Source: Octopus vulgaris
Lineage: Eukaryota
Assembly: GCA_951406725.2 (NCBI GenBank)
Contig: OX597822.1
Coordinates: 60,326,001-60,390,000, forward strand
Direction: 5' to 3'
DNA: 64,000 nt
The notes under the pieces are model-generated. The model had not been told where the DNA came from. It searched no databases and saw only the letters and a program-made list of their open reading frames with translations. A program made the translations under genes and the position numbers. Every line of letters begins with the position of its first letter. Positions within the stretch are counted from its first letter, which is position 1. Of the stretch, positions 26,225-39,667 are shown one piece after another.

Positions 26225-27622
26225 GCACACACACACTCACACACACGCACACTCACACACACGCACATACACACACATACACACACGCATACACACACAC
26301 ACGTGTGTGTGTGTGTGTGTGTGTGCGCACATATACATACGTACACACACATGTATAACACGAAATTTCAGAAGGGGTATATATATTGATTTTAGCCGCC
26401 GATGCACTCATATATTTATTAAATACACGCATCTAGCATGTTTATACAACCTCACCGTGGACAGGAAGAGAGGGATCGATTATACAGCTGCTTCATATCC
26501 CAATAGTCTCATCAGCAGTCACGTTATATTTCAGTGTAGTTATATTAAGTGCCACTGTCATTAGTCTTATACTTAAATCAGGTAGACTGCTTTCAACATT
26601 TAACACATTTCCAGGCAGAATGCTTAGCGACATTTCGTTCGTCTTTACGTTCTGAGTTCAAATTCCATCGAGGTCGACTTGGCAAAAGGCATAGCGACAT
26701 TTTGTCCACCTTTTCGTTTTGACTTCAAATTCCGCTGACGTTGACTTTGCCCTTCATCTTCCTGGGGTCGATTAAATGAGTACCAGTTGAGCACTGGGGT
26801 CGATGTAATCGACTTGTCTCCTCCACTAAAATTGCTGGCCTTGTGTCAAAATTTGAAATCATGATTATTATTTCTAAGACTGCCTATAACTATAGTCATT
26901 AGAGTGTCGGGTAAAATCAAAATGCCTTGTGGTATTTGTTCGAGCACTTTCCGTTCAAAGTTCAAATCCCGCAAAGTCAAAATGCAATGTCGATAACATA
27001 AAGTAATTGTCAAGTACAGGGGTCGACTAACCTTCACCCCATAACATTTCTGACCTTATGCCAAAATTTGAAATAAAAGCAGCGAGCTGGTAGAATCATT
27101 AACGCGTCGAACAAAATGCTTAGCTGCATTTCTTCTGGTTCTTTACGTTCTGCTTTCAAAGCTCATCGAAAACAAGGCAGCAATCAACTGGATGAAGTAT
27201 CAGAGCGTCGGAGAATGTTTTATGAAATTAAATTTTAAAGTTGTGAAGTCGAATCCCGCTGAGGTTGCCTTTCCTTCTTTTTGGGCCGATATAACGAAAT
27301 ACTAGTCAAACACTAGGATCGATGTTATCGAATAATCCCATCTTCACAAAACTGCTGGTTTTATGTCTAAATCGGAAACAAATCGTTCGTGTACGTACAC
27401 ACACAAGTTTCCAAGCTGAGGATAACGTCCCCTTCTTTTAGGCTACCAATCTCCGAGACCCTGGAGGGGGACATCAAGGCAACCCTTTACTCTTCTCACT
27501 AAGCATCTAATCAAGAAAAGAAATCACCCAATATAATTTCGTTTTCATTATAAAGTTCCACAAATATATTTTGTGATTTTCTTAATGAAATAGTAATTTA
27601 TTAAATCGTTTCATATTTCTAG

Positions 27623-27783
27623 GTTTGCCACCGGTTGAGCTGATACCACCCACAGTTACTGAAAATTCTTCTGAGGACAGGAATTCCGGAGTTTACGTAG
27701 AAAACGACACACAGTGGGCGTCTCCACCAGTGGATGAAAACTCACACAACCAAGACGAAATAGTTCCCGAAACTAGCGATTAA
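27623..27783 (+). CDS. Terminal coding exon of Zasp/PDLIM-like gene ([53 protein letters not shown])
   Basis: Acceptor tcatatttctag; phase 1 is compatible; open frame to TAA at 27781-27783; GC-richer than flanks. Confidence 0.82.
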
Positions 27784-27855
27784 TATACATACATATATAC
27801 ATACACACACACACATACGTATATATGTACGTAAGTGTATGCAAATGTATGTATG

Positions 27856-27897
<42 letters not shown>

Positions 27898-27925
27898 TAT
27901 ATATGTATGTACGTATGTATGTATG

Positions 27926-27987
<62 letters not shown>

Positions 27988-30900
27988 TGTATGTATGTAT
28001 GTATGTATGTATAAGTAACTAACGACTTATACATAGAATAGAGTAATAATTCTCCCCAGTCACAACCGTGGAGTTAAAACCTTCCTGATTTTCAACGTCA
28101 ATTATGACAGAAAGTTTTTAAAATGTGTATATGTGTGTGTGTGTCTGAGTATTGTGACGCTCACCCCAGACACGCATATACACACGCATATATACAGCTA
28201 AATGTATATATAGTGTGCATTTAACATGGACTTGTGTGACCAAAGAGTGAATTCTCCACATAAAGACTGCCAGACTATCAAACAACCATTGTAACATCTT
28301 TCCAGTTAATGACTAACTTTTACCACACATTTATGATACAAAAAAAAATATCATTGTCTAGCATTCTTAACTCAGTTTTTTACTGCTTGGAATGTTTTAT
28401 CTTAAACATATGTTATTTATAGCGGCCCTATAACACCTTTTATACTAAAAAATACAATCTCTGTGCTTAGATTATAACCTCAAAAATATTTTTGTCGTGT
28501 ACCATGGAGTTTGAAGTAAAAGCTTAGCTTACGCCTTGAGCCGAGTTTTTATGACGTGTTATGATTTTTAATGGAACCATTTAAATTTTACTTCTTTCGC
28601 AAATGGCATAATGTTATTTGCGATATGTTTCCTATTCTAAAAATTTAGCCCATTTGTGACTATTCTAAAGAAACGCTTAATCAAACTTAAGCTGTTAAAC
28701 TCTGAGATAAAAGAAAATTTACCGGTTTGAGTTAGAGAAAAGAACAATGTTTTAAACTAATGAAAAGTCCGCTCTCACCCAGTGAGATGTTAGTCACAAC
28801 TAATTATTTTTATTGTTATTACGAATATGATTCGAGAGTGGTGAACTGGCAGAATCGCTAGCTTGACAGGTAAAACGTTTAGCACATTTCGTCCGTCTTC
28901 AAGTTCTGAGTTCAAGTGCCACTGGGGTCGACTCTGATTTTCATCCTTTCGGGGTCGATAAATTTAGTACTATTTGAGTACTGACGTCAATGTGACCAAC
29001 TCACTCGAAATTACTGGCCTTGGGCTTAAACTTAAAACCAATATGATTTGGCGAGCGGGTAGAATGCTTAGCAGCGTTTCTTCTAGCTCTTCAAACTCTG
29101 AAGATCAAATTCTGTGAGATCGACTTTGCCTATCATCCTTTTGTGGTCAATAAAATAAATACTAGTTGAGCACAGGAGTCGATGTGATCGACTTGGCACC
29201 TGCGTCTAAAATTGCTGACCTTATACGAAAACTTGAAACCATTATTAATATGAATAATGACACCACAGACAATCAGCAAACTAGACTAACAATATGGAAA
29301 TTGCGTTATTTTCTTGATTTCAAATGGAGTTTAATTTTTTTCTGTAGCTATATTGAAAAGTGCAGAAACTTACAAAGAGAAGTATGAACCCATTGTTTTA
29401 AATTTTACAAGGATTTGTCTGGATGCGAATCGGATTAGAGTACATTCCCATTTCAAATCAGATTGGTGAATTTTTCTCTCGCCAAGTGACATTCACGAAC
29501 GAAATTGAACTCTGTAATTCAAGCTAACATATATGTCGTCAGTTATACCATGATTATGTCACCCACAGCAATAACATTTACTATCTACAGTAGTAAATGT
29601 TACTGCTGTAGATGATATTTACTGCAAATTATATTGAGTTTTTTTTCTGGTACTTCACAGCAAAAATGACTGAATCCAATCATCACCCTTTTCTGAAACT
29701 TTGAAATAGGCAGAAAAAAAAGTTTCAATTTTGGCAACAACATTATTGTAAATAAAGTACTTTAGCACTGGTGAAATTATTTCTGGTATATATATTTATA
29801 TATATCAAATAGTAATATAACTAATGTATTTTAGCGGATGTGTATAGCTAACAGAAGCGATTCCAGTATATCGCTGGCAGTTATATTTTTTTAAATTCTT
29901 ATTTCGTTAGGTCCAGAGTTATTTAATATTGATCTCAAATTTTGTCATAAGGCCAGAAATTTTAAGGAAGAGTAAGTTTACTACATTGACCCCAGTACAC
30001 AACTGGTACTTTATTTTTTATTGACCCTGAAATGATAAAAAGTAAAGTCGATCTCGGCAAAACTTGAACTCAGAACATAAAGACAAACGAATTGCCGCTA
30101 AACATTTTGCCCGGTGCGGTAACGATTCTGCCAGCTCACCACCTTAGGGTTGTAAAATACTGAGGCCGACCTGAACTCCATTGAAACTCGGAAGTACAAA
30201 GACGATACTGTATTTAGTACATGAAGGGCATTTTGTCTGGAATTGCATCAATTTATTCTTATTGACAACTGAACTGTTCCAGAGAAGCACTGTATCGCCA
30301 GGAGAATATTGGTTGTGATCTTCCGAAATCAAACACAAGTCCCAATTTCGCATTGAAACTAACACATTAACATGTGTTACTAATGTTTCAGTGAATGACG
30401 TAAACACCAAACAATTTCATTCCCTTATTCTAGAAATTTGTTGATCCTCGTGGTTTGTGAAAGAAATCCATTTATCAGAAAAGTATTATTTATTGTTTCC
30501 AAGCGTTATATCTAATATATTATTATAAATTTGTTGATCGTGTATAAACTTTGAAAGACTACAGAAATCAGAAATATTATTTTGTTGTGAATTAAATATT
30601 TATTTCGTTTTATATTTTCCTTGAATTTTACTAAATTTTCTAATAAATTTAAATCAAACCCTCTTTAGAGAAAAACAGTGTTAATTTTTTTTTTAACAAA
30701 ATTTTCATTAAAATTATGTATGCTAATTCTAGATAGCCGTATTCTATTTTTCAATTGTACTTTTACTGATTTCAGTCATTGCTTTGCGGCCAAGCTGGTG
30801 CACCGCTTTTATGCTTATTAGTTCATATGGGTGCCAGCACTTATTTCAGCCTCTTATTTATTTTATCGATCCTATTTCGTAAATGGTTTCAATATCAGAA

Positions 30901-31008
30901 CAGAAATATAATATAAATTTCCAATTATAGAATCTGTTTTCTATGAGTCTGTAGATGGTTAAGGTGAAGCGTGGTGTGACCATCTACTAATGACTCAGAT
31001 CAGAAGGC

Positions 31009-31800
31009 TGTAGTAATGCATGTAATGCGCCAGTGAGGAAAAGAGAGAGACACAACCGAGTAGAAGGTTTAGAGAAAGTCTTTATTGGTATGTTAACATG
31101 TGTGTGTCATGTATACAAAATAAATGACAGGCTGTCATGAGAACAAAGTGTATGTGAGTCTGCGTGTGCTTTAAATACATATAAGAGCAACGAATAGGAA
31201 GAAAAGGAAATTCTAGAATGAGAGGTTAGACGAATGTTCATAGACACATGAATGAGAAATACCAGTTCGTTGTCAATTGTACACGTTGATAGAAATACTG
31301 TATTAAGAAGTTGTGGCGATGATGCAGGACCGGTTGTGGTATTTGTCGTACGAAGTTGTGGTTGTAATACTGCTGCCTGGGTTACTTGTACAGCTGTTAA
31401 CCATGGTGAAGTAATTCACGAACAGTGCTATGATAGAACCTGTGCAGTGTTGCTGGTGCTGTGTACGTAGAGATGTTGTTAACGACGTTAGTGAGATATG
31501 ATGGTGGCGACGAAGATGGAGGTCGCTGTAATGCTGATGAACGGGTGTTGTCAGTCGTTGTCGCTGGAACTGGCTGTGTCGTGTGAGGTCAGTGGCTAGA
31601 CCTTAAAAGGTCTGGAACCAAAGACCTAGAGAACGAGTTGCTGGATTTTTATAAATAACAGTAGGCTCAAATTGGATTGTGAACAAGCTGTCTCACTTGA
31701 TCTTATTTAGGGACTTCGATTGGTTATGGTGCATATTGGCGCGTTAGAGTAGGAGACAAATTACGCCAATACCAACCAATCAGAGTAGTCGACACAACGG
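31009..31800 (-). mobile_element. Possible solo LTR-like repeat (boundaries uncertain)
   Basis: TGTA-starting left end, minus-strand AATAAA near 31081, TATA-like stretch near 31650; no TSD confirmed. Confidence 0.25.
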
Positions 31801-34106
31801 GGTCCAAATAGCGGCCAAAGGTTAGTTGTTATCTGCTACGTTCGTATGTACGTATATATAATAAAGGGGAGAGAGGAATTTCACTCGAGTGTACGCTAAA
31901 AGTCTTTGGCCCAACAGAAGCTACATTAAATTTCTGGAACTCACTGATTTGTTCAAACCTCGTATTACGTATACTAATTCATTTTTAATTTTCAGAAAAT
32001 TGTATCATTTACATTATTTATTTGGCTGCCTTGAGAGGTTTTGGAGACGTAAACTGTCATGGCTTTTGTAGTTTATGCGACTGTTATGTGCTATAATTCT
32101 CACTCATGTTGGTCTTCATTGATCTGATTTTCTTTCATTCCTACACGAAGTTTGAAAATTCATAAATTATATATAGTAACAGTAAATTACCAGTCCAGTA
32201 ATAGATCGTTTTCCATCATCTGCCTCTTTCTTTCCCGATTGTACTTGTAATTCAAAGGTTCAGCCTTGTCACTGATTTAGTTTAGAATTACGTTAATGTT
32301 ACGCCTATTTGGGAAAAACTCAGCTATTTACAAAAACTTCAGTCGGTTCAACAATAGAAAGCTCTTCATCGAAATCGACGGAGAATCTACTACCATATGA
32401 CACAGTTTAGTACTACTTGTAAGTACATACATACTTGATGAAAAACTATTGTGGTTTCGGGTTATTTTAAACTTCCATCAAACTTACAGTGTCTGATTCA
32501 TGCTCTCTGAAATAGTTTTAAAACTTGCCTATTATTTCTCACTATAAAAATTGTTAGCAATTGATAGCTAGCAATTTAACTGTTGTAAATAGGATACATT
32601 TTAATTTCATACTTTATTGTCCTTTTTTTACCGTTAGTATGCGACACCATCACATGCTAGTGAGTGTATTTAAACATGACAATTATATCGTATATCATCA
32701 GGTTAAATGTATAACATACTTGAACCGATCAAGACCGTCTTCAACTATGTTTGCAATTTACAAAAATGCAATATATCAATCGATCCAGATCGCCAAGTTT
32801 ACAGAGAAAGTTGTGACCTGACCACAAAACCTGGGAGAGTTCGTTGTAAACCATCGGCCTTTTGATTGTCAGTGTAGTTTACCAGTATAGCACTCTAGTG
32901 ACTCTCTTTGAACTGAAACCGACCATCTACAAAATACAGAATATATTTTTAGCGCCTTTTTTTATTCAGTGTTCAGCTTGTTTACACTAGGTAACAGTAA
33001 CAGCCGATTCAATAAGTTTCAAACGAACCATACTCAAAACGATTTTATTAAATTACAAGTTTCAGTCATTTTTCATAATCGAAGTAAATCTTCCCACCAC
33101 TCCTCCTCATCCTCCTCTTCCTCCTATTTCTCCTCCTTTACTTCTCCAAATGTGTGGCCTTGTAACAATATTAGAAAGGATTGTCATTTCGTTTTAACAT
33201 GTCATACGAATATTATAACATGCGCATGAGATGACACTGAACAATAGAATTGTCAAAACAACATAAATCAAATCAACGTTTTTTTTTTATTATTTTATTT
33301 TTAACATTTTTTTTTTAGAAATAATGCTTATAAGTAGGGGAATGTAAAACAATATGTCTGTGCCTTGTTATTACTTCCATCTCGACACAGACCTTCTACA
33401 ATGCATGTAACCTATATAGAGAAATAGTGACAAACAGTCACGTGTCTGCCGGTTTCAGTCTATTTTGTTGTTTTTATTACATAATTCTGTTCAGAGAAGC
33501 AACGACCGTATGTATTACGTAGCAGACACCAGACACTATGATCTGTAGTTCCCACACACTCTGCGCTTCAAATTTTCTGTTTAGAAAAATATATATAAAA
33601 AAGGAGAGCAAAAACAAAACATTAGTATTGTTATTAAGACAGTGAATGTTGGACGGGGATGCTAGACAAAATGTACTGTGGTATTTGGTTGCATCTCTTA
33701 ACATTCTTAAATGAAATCCCACCGAGATTTCTTTGCTTTTCATCCTTCTGGAATCGATAAAATAAATACTTTAGTTCGCTTTGCTCTAGTATATGCAGCC
33801 ACAAATTAGTAAACGTAACCAATATTCCTTCTGTTTTTGCTGTGGATATGCTTAGAAATTTGCATGCGTGCGAATTTTATATTTTGCTTCGATATAAAAT
33901 ATTCAGTTTCGTCGTAAAAGCTTGCGTATGCCCTATTATCCCCTTTTTGTGCTAATTGTAAAACATGTGTGCGCACACAGTTGCACAGCTTAGAGGGAGC
34001 ATTAGTAGTGGGCAGTGGGGTTACCCAGCAACAGACAGTCATCCTCTTCAGTGAGGTGTCTTGCATCCTCAGCTTAAACACCTTGAAAATCCCAAGTTTC
34101 GTCCTC

Positions 34107-34114
34107 ATGGCTGA
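34107..34114 (+). CDS. Candidate first coding exon end (ATG GCT GA|gtaagt) of the secreted-protein gene
   Basis: Consensus donor gtaagt at 34115; joining to 60355 gives ATG GCT GAG GCC AAA ATG AGA in frame; lies in a TE-poor, GC-richer island. Confidence 0.45.
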
Positions 34115-37100
34115 GTAAGTTCGAGGCAGACAGTGTAGCTACATTAGAAATCACTAATAGCACTGTCACATTACCAAAAACTGCTTTTTGTTTTGCATTT
34201 AACTGAGGCACATTTTCCGTTGCAGCAACAGTTAATTCCCCTTGCTGTCTTGCATTTAACTTTCATTAAGAACTGTAAGGAGTGAAAGTGATGCGTTTCT
34301 TCAATAGTAGAAAATGAAGACATTACAACGTAAGAGGTGTTAAACGGTCAAAGTAAGATACGTAAATATTCAAAGATAAAGACAGAATTCTTTTTGTTTA
34401 GATCTCGGATTTCATGTGGACGTGTTGAGAGTTGTAAATGTGTCTCGTGCAATGTCGTATCCTAGACTAAGACAATGAATTTTCAAATGGTTCAGTCCAT
34501 AACAAATAGGAACAAGAAATTAAATTTGAAACTGAGGACAAAAGAATAAAAATGAAATATCAATATACTTCATTTTTATTCTTTTTTCTTCAGTTTCAAA
34601 TTTATATTCACAATAGTTGATATTAAATAGTTAAATATTCTTTTAAAGAGAAATTGGAATGGAATTGTGTGACGCTCATGCTTTCTTATCTACATCATCA
34701 GTATTTTAAGGAAGTAAAATGGCTTCAAGCGAGGAACTTTGTTCTGCCCTCGCCTTGATGATGATTTACATCAAAAGTGATAAACGTAACTGAGTACTGC
34801 AAAGTATTTTAGTCCGGCACTTTTACAACATATACCGTTAAACACCACCTAAACTTCATCTTTTATAACCATTTCTTATGTTGGTGCAGAGGCACAAATT
34901 TTTAGAAGTGTATTGGCAAGTAATTCGACCCAAGTACTTGATATTTGTTTTGTCGACTCGCTACTCGCTTAGAACAATTAAAAGCAGAGTTGAATCGGGC
35001 GATATCTAAACTCTGAACATAGAAAGATGTGACTAAATAACGCATGGCAATTTATCGTCCGCTATATTTTTTTCGTCTCTACTACATGGTAGTCTTCACG
35101 TCAGGCATGGGCAACCTTTTAGAGAAGTGGGCTGCATGAGACGTGGATTATCATCAGGCGAGCCGCACTACTAAAAGCATTCAAGGTAATTATTCGTTAG
35201 GCTTGCTATTTAGAAAGTCTCGCAGGCCGTTTTGCTAGTTATAGCTGCCAAATACCCCTCAAATATCAGCCTAGTTATAGCTGCCAAATATCACTCAAAT
35301 ATCAGCCTAACTCTAAAAAAATACGCATGGAAGACTGTTAATTATTGATCTGTTCGATTCTTAGTTAAGCTGAACAACAATCCTGGTATGAACAAGTCAA
35401 AAGTGAGTCTCTGTCTGGTCACTTGAAGCGCTAAGAATAGCAGATAATTCTCTTGAAAATTACACTTTACTATCTTGAAAAAGATAATATAGTTCTAGTA
35501 CGCAATGCTTGAGAGATAAACAAGATAGTCATGGCTGCAACACCTTTAATCATAGGTTTTCTCAGCCACGATTAACCTTTAAACATTTCGTTTGAAAGAT
35601 TTTTATCATCTTTATTGCAAAAGGAATCGTTTTCTAAGCCCCGGGGCACCTCTGACAGTTCAAGTTGAACGCCAGTTTTGGGATGTTATTCAAATTATTG
35701 ATCTGGTAACATTTCCAGGTTGATCAATTTCCGATTGTTGACGAAATTAATACACCTCACGGTAAAATAATTTATTCCATTCGGCTGTTTCACTCCAACA
35801 CTTGTTTCGTATCACCACTATGTTCGCGTGAAGATACTGTCGTGTGCTTTTTCACTTACAAGATCCAAATGAAGGGATAGTATCCATGGTTATTGTAGTC
35901 CCTAGAAAACAATGCGAGATTTATGCCATTAAATTCCCTTCTGATCCTTTGTGGGTGAACACGAGCAGAAGAGACACGTGCAAGGATAGAATGTCTTCGT
36001 GCCGGTGTTCTGGAGAGTAAAACTTGGCGTAGGGATTTGAATAGAACAGTGAAATGAAAGGATGAGACACAAGTGAGTGGCGAATGTCTGAGTAAGAGGT
36101 GGCATTAAAAACTTCGCCGGTTCCGAAGAACAGGAGGTCATTATAGTACCGGTGCAGTGGTCCCCAAACCGTGCACCGCAAGATGTAATTAGGTACGACT
36201 CGAAAAAGTAAGATTAAATTTCAATTTTGTTTAATTAATTTACCAACTCGAGTAAGGAGAGGCAAGGCAAAGATACCCACTGTGTTTTGAGTTTAAATCA
36301 GCAACATAGAGGTACATAACTTAATACGACGATTTAATTAGTACAGTACTCTTCCACTTCTATATTTAGGCCATTGCTGTTCGACCATTATTGTTCCTTA
36401 GACAAGTAGTATAACGAACAATAATAATAGATGCTTCTAATACAGGCACAGATCCAGAAATTTGGTGGAAAGCATTAGTCGATGCTATCGACTCCAGTAC
36501 TTTAGTGATACTGTATATTATTGAACCGGGAGAAATAAAAGGAAGAGCCGACCTCATTGGAATTTGAAACCAGCACATAAAGAGTAGGTTCAAATACCAT
36601 AAAGGTTTTTGTCCAATGACCTAACAATCCACTAATTTGAAATTTTTTTCTTTAAGCACAGGTACAAAGCCTTAAATTTATGGAAGGGGATTAGCCGATG
36701 CTAGTAAGCACATTTCCAGACTGAGGTTTTATATTATCGACCCTGAAAGAAATGATGACTGACAAAATTAAACTGAGTAGGATTTGAACTCAGAACGTAA
36801 AAAGCCGGAACAATTCCACCAAGGCATCCTGTTCAATGTTCTAACAATTCGACCAATCCACTGCTTTCACGACCCTACCGCTGCTGCTGCTGCTGTGGCT
36901 GCTGCTGCTGATGATAATGATGATGATGATGATTGTAATTTAGTCACAAGGTCAACAATTTTGCGAGAAGTGGGTTAATCACAATTACATCACCCCTGTC
37001 TGAACTGGTATTTTGTTTACTCGGCGCTCTGACTATTAAGCCAAGCATGAAACATATTCGTTTACACTGATCCCTATAACTGGACTGCTATTTATTTTAT

Positions 37101-37734
37101 TGATTCTGGTTGTAATAAAAGATAAAAATCCAACATTGATGGGATTTGAATTCAAAATGTAAAGAAACGTAGGTAAATATAAGCCAATTTTTATCCATCT
37201 CTCTACCGATTCTATCAATTTATCCAACCACAACAACAACAAAAACGACAACAGCCTCTGTTTTATCACAGTGTTTGTATTATGTAATGCTAATTATGTA
37301 ATGGAAACATTCACTATTTTGTTTTGCGTCTCAGAAACAGCTATCATTTATCTGGCAGTACAAGTCTCGCCCAATGCAAAATGGAGTATAAATATAGAGG
37401 AAAAAGAAAAGAAAAAAAAAACGCTTATAAAACAATCGTAATGATTGGAGATAAGTAGGATGTAAAAGACGTCAAATTCAACTTATGTCTCATCAACAGT
37501 TTCATATTACCCACGCATACACACACACATACATACACTCGCGCATGCACACACAAACAAGTACTTACGCATGCACGCACATGTAATAATAATAAAGCCA
37601 TTATAAAAGCCTTGTGTAGTCTGAAATGAGCATTGCTTTAGTTCTGTTACAGGGTACAAGTAATCTGTGAAAAAAGATTTATTAAAAGGATATATTTCAG
37701 TTTCAAATGAATTTAGACCTGCGATTTAATTTTC

Positions 37735-38330
37735 TATTTCTTTACTACCCACAAGGGGCTAAACACAGAGAGGACAAACAAGGATAGACAAAGGGATTAA
37801 GTCGATTATATCGACCCCAGTGCGTAACTGGTACTTATTTAATCGACCCCGAAAGGATGAAAGGCAAAGTCGACCTCGGCGGAATTTGAACTCAGAACGT
37901 AGCGGCAGACGAAATACGTATTTCTTTACTACCCACAAGGGGCTAAACACAGAGGGGACAAACAAGGATAGACAAAGGGATTAAGTCGATTATATCGACC
38001 CCAGTGCGTAACTGGTACTTATTTAATCGACCCCGAAAGGATGAAAGGCAAAGTCGACCTCGGCGGAATTTGAACTCAGAACGTAGCGGCAGACGAAATA
38101 CGTATTTCTTTACTACCCACAAGGGGCTAAACACAGAGAGGACAAACAAGGATAGACAAAGGGATTAAGTCGATTATATCGACCCCAGTGCGTAACTGGT
38201 ACTTATTTAATCGACCCCGAAAGGATGAAAGGCAAAGTCGACCTCGGCGGAATTTGAACTCAGAACGTAGCGGCAGACGAAATACCGCTAAGCATTTCGC
38301 CCAGCGTGCCAACGATTCTGCCAGCTCGCC
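37735..38330 (-). mobile_element. Meta-type SINE trimer: one tRNA head plus three 184-bp units, 7-bp TSD
   Basis: Period 184; junction palindromes GAAATACGTATTTC at 37911-37924 and 38095-38108; AATTTTC at 37728-37734 and 38331-38337. Confidence 0.92.
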
Positions 38331-38904
38331 AATTTTCAACATGGCCGCCGTCATTACCTATACAAACCATTGTGTAATTCTGCACTCACAATCCTAGAAA
38401 ACCTCAATTCATTAGGAGAACGAACTTTAGTTTTGAATGGCATGTAGTCTTAAAATGTCTCTCATTTAAGTTCAAATAATCATTAAAAAAAATGTTTTTA
38501 AACTTAATAAATTAAACGGTGATAATGAACTTTTTGATAGCTGCAAGTTTCTTTATGCTCTTCACAGTTAATTTCATCTTAATTAGAACAAAAATCATTA
38601 AAATTTCCATTTGACAATTGGAAAAAAAAATGCGCACACACACACATTCCACCCTCACCCTACACAACACAAACTTACACACTCTCACTCATTCACTTTT
38701 TCTTTCTCTTTCAAACACGCGCACGAACACGCACACACACACACATGCACGCACTTTCTCTCTCTCTCTTTCTCTCTCTCTCTCACACACACACTTCTGA
38801 ATGTTTTCCAACAATAAACAACACTAGAAATATTGATCTCAAGAGATAAGAAATAATAGTAGTAACTATAAAATCTTGATAAGGAGGCTAGTATTATTGT
38901 TGGT

Positions 38905-39145
38905 TTATGTAGTTGTAGTAGTAGTAGTAGTAGTAGTAGTAGTTAGTAGTAGTAGTAGTAGTGGTGGTGGTGGTTGGTGGTGGTGATTGTGGTGGTGGTG
39001 GTGATTGTGGTGGTGGTAGTGATTGTGGTGGTGGTGGTGGTGGTGATTGTTGTGGTGGTGGTGATTGTTGTGGTGGTGGTGCTGGTAGTATTAGTAGCAA
39101 TAGCAGCAGCAACAGCAGCAGAAGTAGTAGTAGTATTAGTAGTAA

Positions 39146-39176
<31 letters not shown>

Positions 39177-39217
39177 GGTAGTATTAGTAGCAACAGCAGC
39201 AGCAACAGCAGCAGCAA

Positions 39218-39284
<67 letters not shown>

Positions 39285-39297
39285 GGTGGTGATGGTG

Positions 39298-39353
<56 letters not shown>

Positions 39354-39366
39354 TTTAGTAGTAGTA
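38905..39366. repeat. Compound trinucleotide microsatellite (TAG/TGG/CAG)
   Basis: Direct reading; explains the poly-T/V/S/G ORFs. Confidence 0.95.
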
Positions 39367-39667
39367 TTTATTTCCAAGATAGGCACAAATTTATGTACCA
39401 GAGAATGGATTGTGTTGAGTTCAATATTGAACTAATATTTTATAATCGATCCACCCCCTCCACTTACCTCTCGCTCCCCACCCAAATGGACGGAAAGCAA
39501 ACTTAACCTCGGTGGAATTTGAACTCAAGAACGTAAAGAGGTGCAAGAAATACTTCGAGATATTTTGTTCGACGCGCCAATGAGTCTGTCCATCCACCAC
39601 CCTAATAACATTTTTGTTATATGCCCAACACTAGAAATTTATTAGTTATATTAAGTCTTTTTACTAT

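Noticed and set aside
29566-29612. Small nested hairpins
   Set aside because: Short, AT-rich and consistent with local template switching; no further support.
34030-34105. Minus-strand GACGAAAC...CTGAAGAG as a type II hammerhead
   Set aside because: Stem II does not pair and about 10 extra nucleotides separate stems III and I.
37759-38354. Three tandem 68-75 aa ORFs, or a CRISPR-like array
   Set aside because: They are 184-bp SINE units with no unique spacers, in a eukaryotic context.
38961-39506. Gly/Ser/Cys-rich 181-aa ORF as a structural protein
   Set aside because: It is a compound trinucleotide microsatellite open in several frames on both strands.
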